Shown one piece after another: positions 21,689 through 30,378 of a stretch of DNA of 60,051 bases. Origin of the DNA: Myxococcales bacterium (GTDB taxonomy: Bacteria; Myxococcota_A; Polyangia; Palsa-1104; SHYY01); contig JAHFDT010000002.1 in the NCBI GenBank assembly GCA_023248875.1, forward strand, positions 1 to 60,051. The letters run 5' to 3'. Within the stretch, counting starts at the first letter, position 1; the number at the start of each line of letters is the position of its first letter. The notes beneath the pieces are model-generated. The model was not told the origin of the DNA. It saw only the letters and a list, made by a program, of their open reading frames with translations, and ran no database searches. Both the position numbers and the translations under genes were made by a program.

Positions 21689-22560
21689 GGCAGTTTGCAT
21701 GGTTCGCGCTACTGGCCGTCGGTTGTTATGATCCCTGCTTTGGCCATGGTGGCACTTGCATCGGTCTCACCGTGACGGGAAATCTCGGCCCCATCGATCA
21801 GCTGGGCATCACGGTCACAGCAGCGGAGCAAAAAACGCCGCCCCTACCGCAGGAGCATTCGCTGCCCGTCACCACCGCGCTCTATCTTAAGGATGACGTG
21901 ACGGGCATGGTCGATGTGAAGGTGACCGCCTACCATTCGGGCAGCCCGGTAGGCCAGGGCCATTCGGTCGTTCCCGTGACCCCAGGCCAGCATATTCCGG
22001 TGACGATCGCTGTCGTTGGAGCGATCCCCGCAGACGGTGGCGCCCTTGATAGTGGCGCCCTCGATGCTGGCGTCGATGCCAGCCTCCCCACCAATCGCTA
22101 CGTTTTTCTGACCGGACCCTTTAAGGGGGGCGGTGTGCCCGGCCTGATCGCACTCGCTGTCCGTTGCACCAGCGAAGGACAAACGCTGCGAAAGAGCGGC
22201 ACGTTCAAGTCGCTGCTCGGCCGCACGAACAGCGGTAACCAAACGGTGGCGCAGGAGGGAAGGACCATTGTCCTTCCGAGCGGCTCGCTCGTTGCCACCG
22301 ATAGCACGTTTTTTTCCGACAACCACCAAAGCGCCATCAATCAGACGGCGGACAAGAATCCCGTCACGGCCTGTGTCTGGACCAACTTCAAGACCAACGG
22401 GGAAGTCACTCCAGCCACTCCATCCTGTCTGAACTGGATGAGCTCCGACAGCAATGTGCAGGGTAGTGCCGGCAGTGGAACGGCAAAGGACAGCACTTGG
22501 GCGGTCGGCGGGCAACCGTTCTGCAGTAACCAGTGCTACGTCCTCTGCATTGAAAATTAG
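21685..22560 (+). CDS. Hypothetical lipoprotein with Cys-containing C-terminal domain (DUF1554-like guess)
   Basis: ATGA overlap with the upstream gene; lipobox LLAVGC; C-terminal RYVFLT...C...C pattern. Confidence 0.6.
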   Translation: MRQFAWFALLAVGCYDPCFGHGGTCIGLTVTGNLGPIDQLGITVTAAEQKTPPLPQEHSLPVTTALYLKDDVTGMVDVKVTAYHSGSPVGQGHSVVPVTPGQHIPVTIAVVGAIPADGGALDSGALDAGVDASLPTNRYVFLTGPFKGGGVPGLIALAVRCTSEGQTLRKSGTFKSLLGRTNSGNQTVAQEGRTIVLPSGSLVATDSTFFSDNHQSAINQTADKNPVTACVWTNFKTNGEVTPATPSCLNWMSSDSNVQGSAGSGTAKDSTWAVGGQPFCSNQCYVLCIEN

Positions 22561-23723
22561 ATTTTGAGTGAACGCACGCGTTCGACCGCTTCGCGGATCC
22601 GCGGCAGCGGGGCGCAGACGGTGAGGCGAACGTAGCCTTCGCCACCCGGGCCGAAGCCATTGGCCGGCGTGGCGACGATGCCTGCCTCGGTGAGAAGGCG
22701 CCCGGCGAACTCGGCCGAGCTGTAGCCGGTGGGATTGGCGATGAGGCAATAGAAGGTCGCGCGCGGCGCGATTACATCGTAGCCGGCGGTGCGTAGCCCC
22801 GTGACCAACACCTCCATGCGCTCCTGGTAGGTACGGCGGATGGTCTCCACGCAGTCCTGCGGTGAGCTGATGGCGGCGATGGCGGCCGCCTGGACGGCTT
22901 CAAACGCGCCCGAGTCGACGTTGGTTTTGACCTTGCCGAGGCCTCCGACGAGCGCAGCGTTCCCGACGGCAAAGCCGATGCGCCAGCCGGTCATGTTGTA
23001 GGTCTTCGAGAGCGAGTGGAACTCGATGCCACATTCGCGGGCGCCCGGAACTTCCAGAAACGATGGCGGTGGCTCGTCGTAGTAGATCTCGGAGTAGGCG
23101 AGGTCGCTGGCGACGATGATGTTGTACTGGAGGGCAAACTCGACCACCGACTGGTAAAAATCGCGCGTCGCCAGCGCGGCGGTGGGATTGTTGGGATAGT
23201 TGATCCAAAGTACTTTGGCGCGCTCGGCCACCGCCGGTGGCACCGACGCGAGATCGGGCAAAAAGCCATTGTTTCGCTCCAGCCGAAGAGAGTGCACCTC
23301 GCCCCCCATGAAGCGCGTCCAGGTGGCGTAGACGGGATAGCCGGGATCGGGCACCAGCACGACATCGCCGGGATCGACGAAGGCGACGGGAAAGTGGCCG
23401 ATGCCCTCCTTGGAGCCGATGAGCGCCACCACTTCACGCTCGGGATCGAGCCCGCGCACGCCGAAGCGCTCGGCGTAGAAGTTGGCTGCGGCCTGGCGAA
23501 AGGTGGCCATCCCCTCGTACGAAGGATAGCGATGGTATTTCGCCTCGGCCGCGGCGCTCTGCATCGCCGCTACGATGTGTCCGGGAGTGGGCTGATCGGG
23601 ATCGCCGATGCCCAGATCGATAAGGTCTTTGCCTTGGCGACGGAGCTCGGCCTTCTTGCGGTCGATATCAGCGAATAGGTAGGGCGGAAGCTGGCGGATC
23701 CGCTGAGCGAGTTCGATCTTCAT
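22557..23723 (-). CDS. Class I/II PLP aminotransferase (LL-diaminopimelate aminotransferase-like)
   Basis: LPPYLFADIDRKKAE...DLGIGDPDQPTP N-terminus; PLP lysine motif SLSKTYNMTGWRIG. Confidence 0.75.
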   Translation of the reverse strand: MKIELAQRIRQLPPYLFADIDRKKAELRRQGKDLIDLGIGDPDQPTPGHIVAAMQSAAAEAKYHRYPSYEGMATFRQAAANFYAERFGVRGLDPEREVVALIGSKEGIGHFPVAFVDPGDVVLVPDPGYPVYATWTRFMGGEVHSLRLERNNGFLPDLASVPPAVAERAKVLWINYPNNPTAALATRDFYQSVVEFALQYNIIVASDLAYSEIYYDEPPPSFLEVPGARECGIEFHSLSKTYNMTGWRIGFAVGNAALVGGLGKVKTNVDSGAFEAVQAAAIAAISSPQDCVETIRRTYQERMEVLVTGLRTAGYDVIAPRATFYCLIANPTGYSSAEFAGRLLTEAGIVATPANGFGPGGEGYVRLTVCAPLPRIREAVERVRSLKI

Positions 23724-23790
23724 GGTGCGTTATATAACACAACCTCAAGTTGTGTGACCGTCGGCCATCCGCTAGAGTTTTGTCCTAGCG

Positions 23791-25518
23791 ATGGCATCCG
23801 AAACTCCCCCAGGCAGTCGTCCCGCCACAGCGCCCGGTGGTGTGGTGGGCATCCTTCACGTCATTGCCGGAGTCGACCAGGGCAAGGCCTTTCCGATGGG
23901 GCGCGCTGAAACAACGGTGGGGCGCGGCGCCGACCAGGATTGCGTGCTGACCGATCTCAGTGTGTCACGTCGGCACTGCGTCATTGTGGTCGATGGCAGT
24001 GGCTATCGGTTGCGCGATCTCGGCTCGGGCAACGGCTCGCTGGTCAACAGCGCGCGCGTCGAGACGCACCTGCTAGTCGATGGCGACCAGATTGAAATCG
24101 GCAACACGCGCCTGCAGATCGAGCATGCACCGTCGCGCACCGGGGCGACTCCGGCGGGCGGGCTGCCGCAGCAGGATTCAGCGCGGACATTGATCGGCGA
24201 CGCGCCCTCACTGCCGAGCGGGCCCGTCCATCCACCGCGCCCAATGGCGCCATCGGCGATGATGCCGACCACTCCGCCGCCGCGGTCCGTCGCTTCGCGG
24301 ACTCGGCTCATCGTGGGCGGCGCGATTGTGCTCACGCTGGCCGCTGCCAGTGGATTCGGTGTGAGGTGGCTACTGAGCCGCCAAGCCCAGCAGGCCGAGC
24401 AGCTCTATTTCTCGGGGACGCAGGCGTTTGCCGCAGGAGACTTCGCCGGGGCCAAGAAGCGATTTGGCGAAGCGGAGCAGCTGTCCCCTGAGGTGGTCAC
24501 CAAGGCCCGTGAGTATCTGCGCCAGTGCGATCTCGAAATCGGACTCAAGAAACAGCTTGAGACCGCGCGCCAACGGGCAGCCGCCAAGCGCTGGGATGAG
24601 GCACTGCAGGCGCTGGCGAAAATTGAGTCCTCGTCGGCGCAGTTCGAGGAGGCGACGAAGCTGCGCCGTTCGATCATCCCGCCGGCGGTCGATGCCTATC
24701 TGGTCCAGGCGCGTGAACAGCTCGATGAGAACAACCTAACTGCAGCGGCGGTCCCGGTGGAGGCGGCGCTGGCGCTGGACCCCGACCATCCCGAACTGCA
24801 GGCGATCGTGAAGAAGCTGAGGGCGAGCCACGTGCAGGTGCGTAATCCGCGCGAGCCAAGATTTGCTCTGAAAGAGGTCCGGATTGGGCCTAATGCGGAT
24901 GAGGTGGCGGAGGCGCCCAGGGCGCGCGGCGACGATCTGCTGGCGGTGGCGGGAGTCGCGGGGCCCTATCGTTCACGCGATTTTTCGGCGGCGGCGCGGG
25001 CGCTGAAAGAGGCGGCGGGGCGTGAGAAGGGCAAGCGGGCCGCCGAGCTGCAAGCTCAGGCGGCGCAGCTGGTGAATCTCAGCGCGCTGTTGGCACGCGC
25101 CGAAGCGGACCAGGTTCGGGCGCCCAGCAGCGCGATCCGTGCTTATGGGGAGGCGCTGGCGCTCGATGCACGCCTCGGCCATGGGATGCACGATGCGTAT
25201 TTGAAAACGCAAGCGGTCACGATCGCTCGCGACGGAGCGCAGGAGTCCTTTGCGCACCAGCGCTGGGACGTGGCCTATGAGTACGTCAAGACCATCCAGC
25301 GTTTCGGCGGTGAGGACAGAGGCATTGGCGAGCAGCTGCGGAAGAAGGCAGCACAGCTCATCGTCAAAGCGGCATCGCTGCTCGGGCCCAACATGAATGA
25401 TGCGAAATCGCTCTGGCGCACGGTGATGACGATGGTGCCGGCCGATGACCCAAGCTACCAGAAGGCGCACCAGGCGCTGCAGTCTTCGACGAGTGCTCGC
25501 AAAGACGACGACGAGTAA
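23791..25518 (+). CDS. FHA domain protein with TM segment and helical-repeat C-terminal region
   Basis: FHA core TVGRGADQDCVLTDLSVSRRHCVIV...GSGNGSLVN; then a Pro-rich linker, a TM helix and TPR-like helices. Confidence 0.8.
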   Translation: MASETPPGSRPATAPGGVVGILHVIAGVDQGKAFPMGRAETTVGRGADQDCVLTDLSVSRRHCVIVVDGSGYRLRDLGSGNGSLVNSARVETHLLVDGDQIEIGNTRLQIEHAPSRTGATPAGGLPQQDSARTLIGDAPSLPSGPVHPPRPMAPSAMMPTTPPPRSVASRTRLIVGGAIVLTLAAASGFGVRWLLSRQAQQAEQLYFSGTQAFAAGDFAGAKKRFGEAEQLSPEVVTKAREYLRQCDLEIGLKKQLETARQRAAAKRWDEALQALAKIESSSAQFEEATKLRRSIIPPAVDAYLVQAREQLDENNLTAAAVPVEAALALDPDHPELQAIVKKLRASHVQVRNPREPRFALKEVRIGPNADEVAEAPRARGDDLLAVAGVAGPYRSRDFSAAARALKEAAGREKGKRAAELQAQAAQLVNLSALLARAEADQVRAPSSAIRAYGEALALDARLGHGMHDAYLKTQAVTIARDGAQESFAHQRWDVAYEYVKTIQRFGGEDRGIGEQLRKKAAQLIVKAASLLGPNMNDAKSLWRTVMTMVPADDPSYQKAHQALQSSTSARKDDDE

Positions 25519-25527
25519 CCAGATATT

Positions 25528-25869
25528 CTAGCTTCCACGGTAGGTAGAGTAACCAAAGGGGCTGATTAGCAGCGGCACGTGGTAGTGCTGCGCTGGATTG
25601 CGGATTTCAAACTGGACCTCGACGCAAGGATAGAAGGTTTCGCTGCCCAGGCGTCCGAAGTAGCCGCCGGTATCGAAGCGAAGTCGATAGATACCGGTGA
25701 CGAGCGCGCCGTCCGGTAGCAGCGTTCGCAAGCGGCCATCGCTATCGGTCGTGCCTTGGGCCAGCGGCTCAAACTGGTCGGCCGTGCCGCGCCGTTCGAG
25801 CGTGATCGGCACCCTTTCGGCGGGACAGCCTCGGGCGGTGTCCAAAACATGGGTCGTGATCGGGCTCAT
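25528..25869 (-). CDS. uraH: 5-hydroxyisourate hydrolase (transthyretin-like)
   Basis: 113 aa; ITTHVLDTARG...YHVPLLISPFGYSTYRGS C-terminal signature. Confidence 0.9.
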   Translation of the reverse strand: MSPITTHVLDTARGCPAERVPITLERRGTADQFEPLAQGTTDSDGRLRTLLPDGALVTGIYRLRFDTGGYFGRLGSETFYPCVEVQFEIRNPAQHYHVPLLISPFGYSTYRGS

Positions 25870-26372
25870 GGCGATAGCAGTTTCTCCAACCGTAGAAGGG
25901 TGATCTTTTCCTGCTCGCCCGCTGCGATGCGCAACTCGTCGCTGCGGGGATGATCGAGCCGCGCCTGGAGGAGCGCTAGCATCTCAGCCGCATTCCTGCC
26001 CGTGGCACAGACGATGAACCGAAAGCCGAAGCGCTCTTCGTAGACCCGGTTGCTCTCGGCGAGCGCGCGCAATACCTCATCGGATGCGCTGGTTGCGCCC
26101 GCCTGCTCCGAGGCAGCCCAGCCGGCGGTAGAGGCGAACTGGCCACGCAAAGCGTCGAGGTCGCCGATCTTCGGATGGTGCGAAAAGGCCTCGAGCCAAT
26201 CTTTCTCCTCGAGCGAGCGTGCGGCCTCCGCCGCGGCTGAATGCAGCGCAGCCCGATCGACAAACGGGCGCCGTGCCAACATCTGATCCACCCAGTGCTC
26301 CGCACCGCAACAGCGGCGCAGCTCCGCGCTCACCTGCTCTCGCGCGAGCTCGTTCAGCTGCGCCAAGATCAC
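25866..26372 (-). CDS. uraD: OHCU decarboxylase (2-oxo-4-hydroxy-4-carboxy-5-ureidoimidazoline decarboxylase)
   Basis: GTG 26372 overlaps the alc stop (GTGA); AFSHHPKIG...YEERFGFRFIVCATG motifs; the ORF-track N-terminal extension overlaps alc. Confidence 0.85.
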   Translation of the reverse strand: MILAQLNELAREQVSAELRRCCGAEHWVDQMLARRPFVDRAALHSAAAEAARSLEEKDWLEAFSHHPKIGDLDALRGQFASTAGWAASEQAGATSASDEVLRALAESNRVYEERFGFRFIVCATGRNAAEMLALLQARLDHPRSDELRIAAGEQEKITLLRLEKLLSP

Positions 26373-27358
26373 TTCAGCGTGCCCCAAAGACGCAAGCGCG
26401 CTATTCCCCCGTCGGGATAGATGTTGAGCCGCACGTGGGTGACCGGCTCGCTCGTCTGCAGATCGAAGGTATGGCGCTGGTCGGCCTGAAGTTTGGTGGG
26501 CGGCAGAATTTCCTTCCAGGCGATGCTGCGACTGGCGAGGAAATCGCCCGCCACTTCGCCCGCCAGAAAAACGCCGTCGAGCGAGCAGCGGTCGGGAAAG
26601 TTGCCCTTGAAGTGGGCGGTGTCGACCTCGGCGCGCTGCACTAGGCCGGACGCGCCCAGCTGCACGATCACCCAGTCGTGGCCAGGACCCCGCTTGCGCT
26701 TGGTCTCCCAGCCATCGCCCATGTTCAGCGAGGGTCCCGGCAGGATCAGATTGTCCTTGGGCCCGAAGAACATATCGTTGCACAGTTGCACTACGCCGCC
26801 ATTCTCGACAGCCGCGAGGTCGACGAGGCCAACCGTCCGCAGCCGCGCCAGATCGGGCCGCACTTCACCATGCACGCGCAGCCGCGCTACGCCACCGTCG
26901 GGAAAGATGGCCAGGCGCACGTGGGTGAAGCGGTGCACGTCATCGACCGGCACGAGATTCTGCGAGCCTCCCGCAAGGCGCGTGCGTGGCACCAACAAGG
27001 CCCAGTGCGCTCTTTCGAGCTGCTCCGTCGTGGCGTCGGCGGACGCTTCGCAGGCTTCGAGTGAGGCGTGCTCGGGAAAATTGCCGAGGAAGTGGTTGGT
27101 GTCGAAATCGATGCCGCGGATGCGACCTGCGAGCCCCAACCGCACGATGCACCAGTCGTGGCCAGGGGTGCGGCGCCGGCGCGTCTCCCAGCCGTCCATC
27201 CACTTGCCGCGATCGGTGTACTTGCCGGCGATGAAAACGCCGCGCCCCGGCTTGAGGAGATTCTCTTTGGGTGCAAAGAACTCGTCGTTGGCGGCGAGCA
27301 CGGTGCCACCGAGCCGCTCCGCGGCCAGGTCGAGCAGTTGGGTAAAATCGGATGTCAT
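26369..27358 (-). CDS. alc: Allantoicase
   Basis: 329 aa; duplicated allantoicase repeats (DEFFAPKENLL...GWETRRRR and DMFFGPKDNLI...GWETKRKR). Confidence 0.9.
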   Translation of the reverse strand: MTSDFTQLLDLAAERLGGTVLAANDEFFAPKENLLKPGRGVFIAGKYTDRGKWMDGWETRRRRTPGHDWCIVRLGLAGRIRGIDFDTNHFLGNFPEHASLEACEASADATTEQLERAHWALLVPRTRLAGGSQNLVPVDDVHRFTHVRLAIFPDGGVARLRVHGEVRPDLARLRTVGLVDLAAVENGGVVQLCNDMFFGPKDNLILPGPSLNMGDGWETKRKRGPGHDWVIVQLGASGLVQRAEVDTAHFKGNFPDRCSLDGVFLAGEVAGDFLASRSIAWKEILPPTKLQADQRHTFDLQTSEPVTHVRLNIYPDGGIARLRLWGTLK

Positions 27359-28698
27359 GCAGCGGATTTCCTTCCTAACAGTTGCATACCACGGGCGCGG
27401 GCGAGAAAGGAGCCATTGCGGTAGATGGGCTCGCCGCGCAAGATCGTCTGTTCGACGACGCCCGACAGGGTGCGGCCCGCGTAGGGCGTCAACTTGTGTT
27501 TATGCTGGATCATCGTGGGCTCGACGAAAAGTTGCGCTTCCGGGCGCCAGAAGACCAGGTCGGCATCGTAACCCGGAGCGATGCGTCCCTTGCGGCCATC
27601 TAGACCCGCGAAGGCCGCGGGGCGCGCGCTCAGCCAAGTGGTGAGCTGTTCGAGGGTCACGCCGCGCTCGCGTGCCGCCGTCCAAACGGCGGGCAGCGCC
27701 AACTGCACCGATGAAATCCCCCCCCAGGCGCCGAGAAAATCGCCCTGCTCGAGCTGCTTGAGGTGGGGTGTGCAGGGCGAATGGTCCGAGACCACGAAAT
27801 CGATGGTGCCCTCGAGAAGCGCGCGCCAAAGCTGCTCACGGTTGGGTCGCTCCCGAATCGGCGGCGCGCACTTGTATTGGGTGGCGCCCTCCGGGATCTC
27901 CTCGGCGGCAAAGGTGAGGTAGTGGGGACAGGTCTCCACGGTGATCGGCACGCCCGCGCGACGCGCCGTGGCGAGGTCGGTGAGCGCCTCGGCGGCGGAG
28001 AGGTGGACGATATGCACGTGGCAGCGAGTTTGGCGCGCGAGCTCGATCATCAAACGAATGGCCGCGCGCTCCATTTCGGGTGGGCGCGAGTCAAGATAGG
28101 TGGTGTAGTGGTGCGGCGGACCGGAACCCTGCGTTCCCAGATCGAGCTCCGCATGAACGAGGAGCGGCACGTTGCGTCGGGCGAGAATGGGCATCGCTTG
28201 GCGTAGGTCCGCTTCGGTCACATTCGGAAACTCGTCGATGCCGGAAGGGACAAGAAAGGCCTTGAAGCCGAGCACGCCAGCGTCGATGAGCGGCTCAAGT
28301 TCGGCTACGTTCCCAGGAACGAGTCCGCCCCAAAAACCGCAGTCGATGTGGCACAGACCGCCGAGGGCGTGGAGTTTCGTCTCCAGTGCCGCCCGTGTCG
28401 TCGTCACAGGAATGCAGTTGAGCGGCATATCGACGAGCGTCGTAATCCCCCCTGCGGCGGCCGCGCACGTGGCCGTGTCGAAACCCTCCCATTCGGTTCG
28501 GCCCGGCTCGTTGACATGGACGTGGCTGTCGCACAGTCCAGCCATCAGCACCGCATCACCGCCATCGAAAAGCTCGTACGCGGAGGGAACCTCGTGGTGC
28601 TCGGCGATCCGTTCGATCGTGCCATGGTCCACAATGACCGTCGCCGGTCGGACGCCCTGGCCGAAGATCACGCGGCGGCTACGAAACGCTCGCTTCAT
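27355..28698 (-). CDS. allB: Allantoinase (cyclic amidohydrolase)
   Basis: Start at internal ATG 28698 (ATGA overlap with the upstream stop); GLCDSHVHVNEPGRTEWEGF metal-binding HxH motif. Confidence 0.88.
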   Translation of the reverse strand: MKRAFRSRRVIFGQGVRPATVIVDHGTIERIAEHHEVPSAYELFDGGDAVLMAGLCDSHVHVNEPGRTEWEGFDTATCAAAAGGITTLVDMPLNCIPVTTTRAALETKLHALGGLCHIDCGFWGGLVPGNVAELEPLIDAGVLGFKAFLVPSGIDEFPNVTEADLRQAMPILARRNVPLLVHAELDLGTQGSGPPHHYTTYLDSRPPEMERAAIRLMIELARQTRCHVHIVHLSAAEALTDLATARRAGVPITVETCPHYLTFAAEEIPEGATQYKCAPPIRERPNREQLWRALLEGTIDFVVSDHSPCTPHLKQLEQGDFLGAWGGISSVQLALPAVWTAARERGVTLEQLTTWLSARPAAFAGLDGRKGRIAPGYDADLVFWRPEAQLFVEPTMIQHKHKLTPYAGRTLSGVVEQTILRGEPIYRNGSFLARARGMQLLGRKSAA

Positions 28699-29498
28699 CC
28701 CGCTCGTCGCAAAACCTTGGCTGCGCCCCAGCCGGCCAGCACCAGTACGGCGAGCACCATCCAGTTGTAGTCGCTGCCGAAGGTCGAGGTCGGAAAGTGG
28801 TTGCTGATCATGATGAAAACCAGCGGCAGTACCATGAAGGTGTTGTGCTTGGAACGCATCTTGGCGCGCGCGGCGAGCGCTGGATCGGGCTTTCCGCCCG
28901 CTTTCGTTGCGGCGATGAGCTGCTGCTGCGCGGGCAGGATGCAGCGCCACACGTTGGCCGCCATCAGGGTGCCGAGCAGCGCACCGATGTGGATGTAGAC
29001 CGCGCGGCCGCTGAAGAGCCGGGTGAGCCCGTAGGTGATCGCGACCAGCAAGAGGTAGGAGACCACGACCGCCGCTGAGGGCGGCAGCGGCAGACTCCAC
29101 AATCGGTCGTAGATCAACCAGCCGAGCAGGAGCAGTCCGACGGTAATTCCGATGCCCGCTGTTAGACTCAGGTCGCGCACATCCTTATCGATGAGTGCGC
29201 CGCCAAAATGGTAGACGAGAAATAACAACACGATTCCGCTCAACCAGGTAAAGGCCGCTTCCCATCGGAACCAGTGGAGCGTGCGCTCGAGCGACGGTGC
29301 ATTCTGCTTTTCCACCACGTAGAAGCCGCCGCTGTGGACCATCCAGACTTGACCCTGCTCGGCCGGATCGTGCAGGCGCCCATCTAGCCAGGTAAAAAAA
29401 TAGGTCGACCCGATCCAGAGGATCCCGGCGAATACGTGGGCCCAGCGGAGCAATAGATGGAGCCACTCGGTGAGGTCGAAGTTCATTCGATCTTCCAT
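28695..29498 (-). CDS. Membrane urate hydroxylase PuuD-like protein (membrane domain only)
   Basis: 267 aa; multi-TM; N-terminus EWLHLLLRWAHVFAGILWIGSTYFFTWLD matches the PuuD membrane-domain family as I remember it; no CxxCH heme motif; first gene of the purine operon. Confidence 0.65.
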   Translation of the reverse strand: MEDRMNFDLTEWLHLLLRWAHVFAGILWIGSTYFFTWLDGRLHDPAEQGQVWMVHSGGFYVVEKQNAPSLERTLHWFRWEAAFTWLSGIVLLFLVYHFGGALIDKDVRDLSLTAGIGITVGLLLLGWLIYDRLWSLPLPPSAAVVVSYLLLVAITYGLTRLFSGRAVYIHIGALLGTLMAANVWRCILPAQQQLIAATKAGGKPDPALAARAKMRSKHNTFMVLPLVFIMISNHFPTSTFGSDYNWMVLAVLVLAGWGAAKVLRRAG

Positions 29499-29547
29499 TC
29501 GAAAAAAAACGTCCCCAACGAAACCACCATCGAGGCATCATAGCGGC

Positions 29548-30348
29548 GTGCCACCACGAAAGGAAATCCTGATTCGCTCCGCTGGCACCGAGGATTACGA
29601 GTCGTTCGTCGGACTCCTGTCTCATCTCGGCGTCGATGATCCGGTGCCGACGTTCGAGTGTTGGCAAAAGGAGCGACAGCGCGAGACCTGGATCGCCGAG
29701 CGCGATGGGCGCGTGGTGGGCTACTGTTATGCGCAGCTGCTCGGGGAGCTCGGGCGAGTCGCGCAGCTGGTGGTAGGGCCCCAAGCCCGTCGCCGCGGAA
29801 CGGGGAGGGCGCTGCTGGTACGTGCCACAGAGGCGTTCCGCGCGCGTGGCGCAAAGGAGTGGTCACTCAACGTAAAGCCGGACAATCAGGCGGCGATCGG
29901 TCTCTATCAATCCTGCGGACTGCACGTCGCTTACCGCTCGTGGGCGCTGCGAATGCTCTGGGATCGCCTGGAACAGCTGCCTTGCGAAGCAGTCACTGCG
30001 CGCGAATTGCTGCCCGCAGAGGATGGCGAGGTCGAGCTGCAGTGGGGGCTTTCGCCGGGGCGTTTAGCGGCTGCGCGCAAGCTAGACGGTCGCGTCCTTT
30101 TAGGACTGGCCGGCCAGTCCTGCTCCTGGCTGGGGGTCGCCGTGTTTGATCCCTCGTTCCCCGGCGCCTACCCCTTTCGCATCGCCCGTCCCGCGCTAGC
30201 AGGACCCCTCTTGCGGGTCCTGCAGCCCCACGCTCGCCACGACTATCTGGGCCTCGTGGTGGAGGACGATGCCCCACTGGCCGAGGTGCTCATTCAGGCC
30301 GGTGCCACCCTGCGCTTCGAAATGCTGCATATGCAAGGGCCCCTATGA
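29548..30348 (+). CDS. GNAT family N-acetyltransferase with an extra C-terminal domain
   Basis: QLVVGPQARRRGTGRALL acetyl-CoA motif; probable GTG start at 29548, divergent from the purine operon. Confidence 0.7.
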   Translation: MPPRKEILIRSAGTEDYESFVGLLSHLGVDDPVPTFECWQKERQRETWIAERDGRVVGYCYAQLLGELGRVAQLVVGPQARRRGTGRALLVRATEAFRARGAKEWSLNVKPDNQAAIGLYQSCGLHVAYRSWALRMLWDRLEQLPCEAVTARELLPAEDGEVELQWGLSPGRLAAARKLDGRVLLGLAGQSCSWLGVAVFDPSFPGAYPFRIARPALAGPLLRVLQPHARHDYLGLVVEDDAPLAEVLIQAGATLRFEMLHMQGPL

Positions 30349-30378
30349 TGCGCGCGGTGGAGCGAGTCATCGCCGCAT

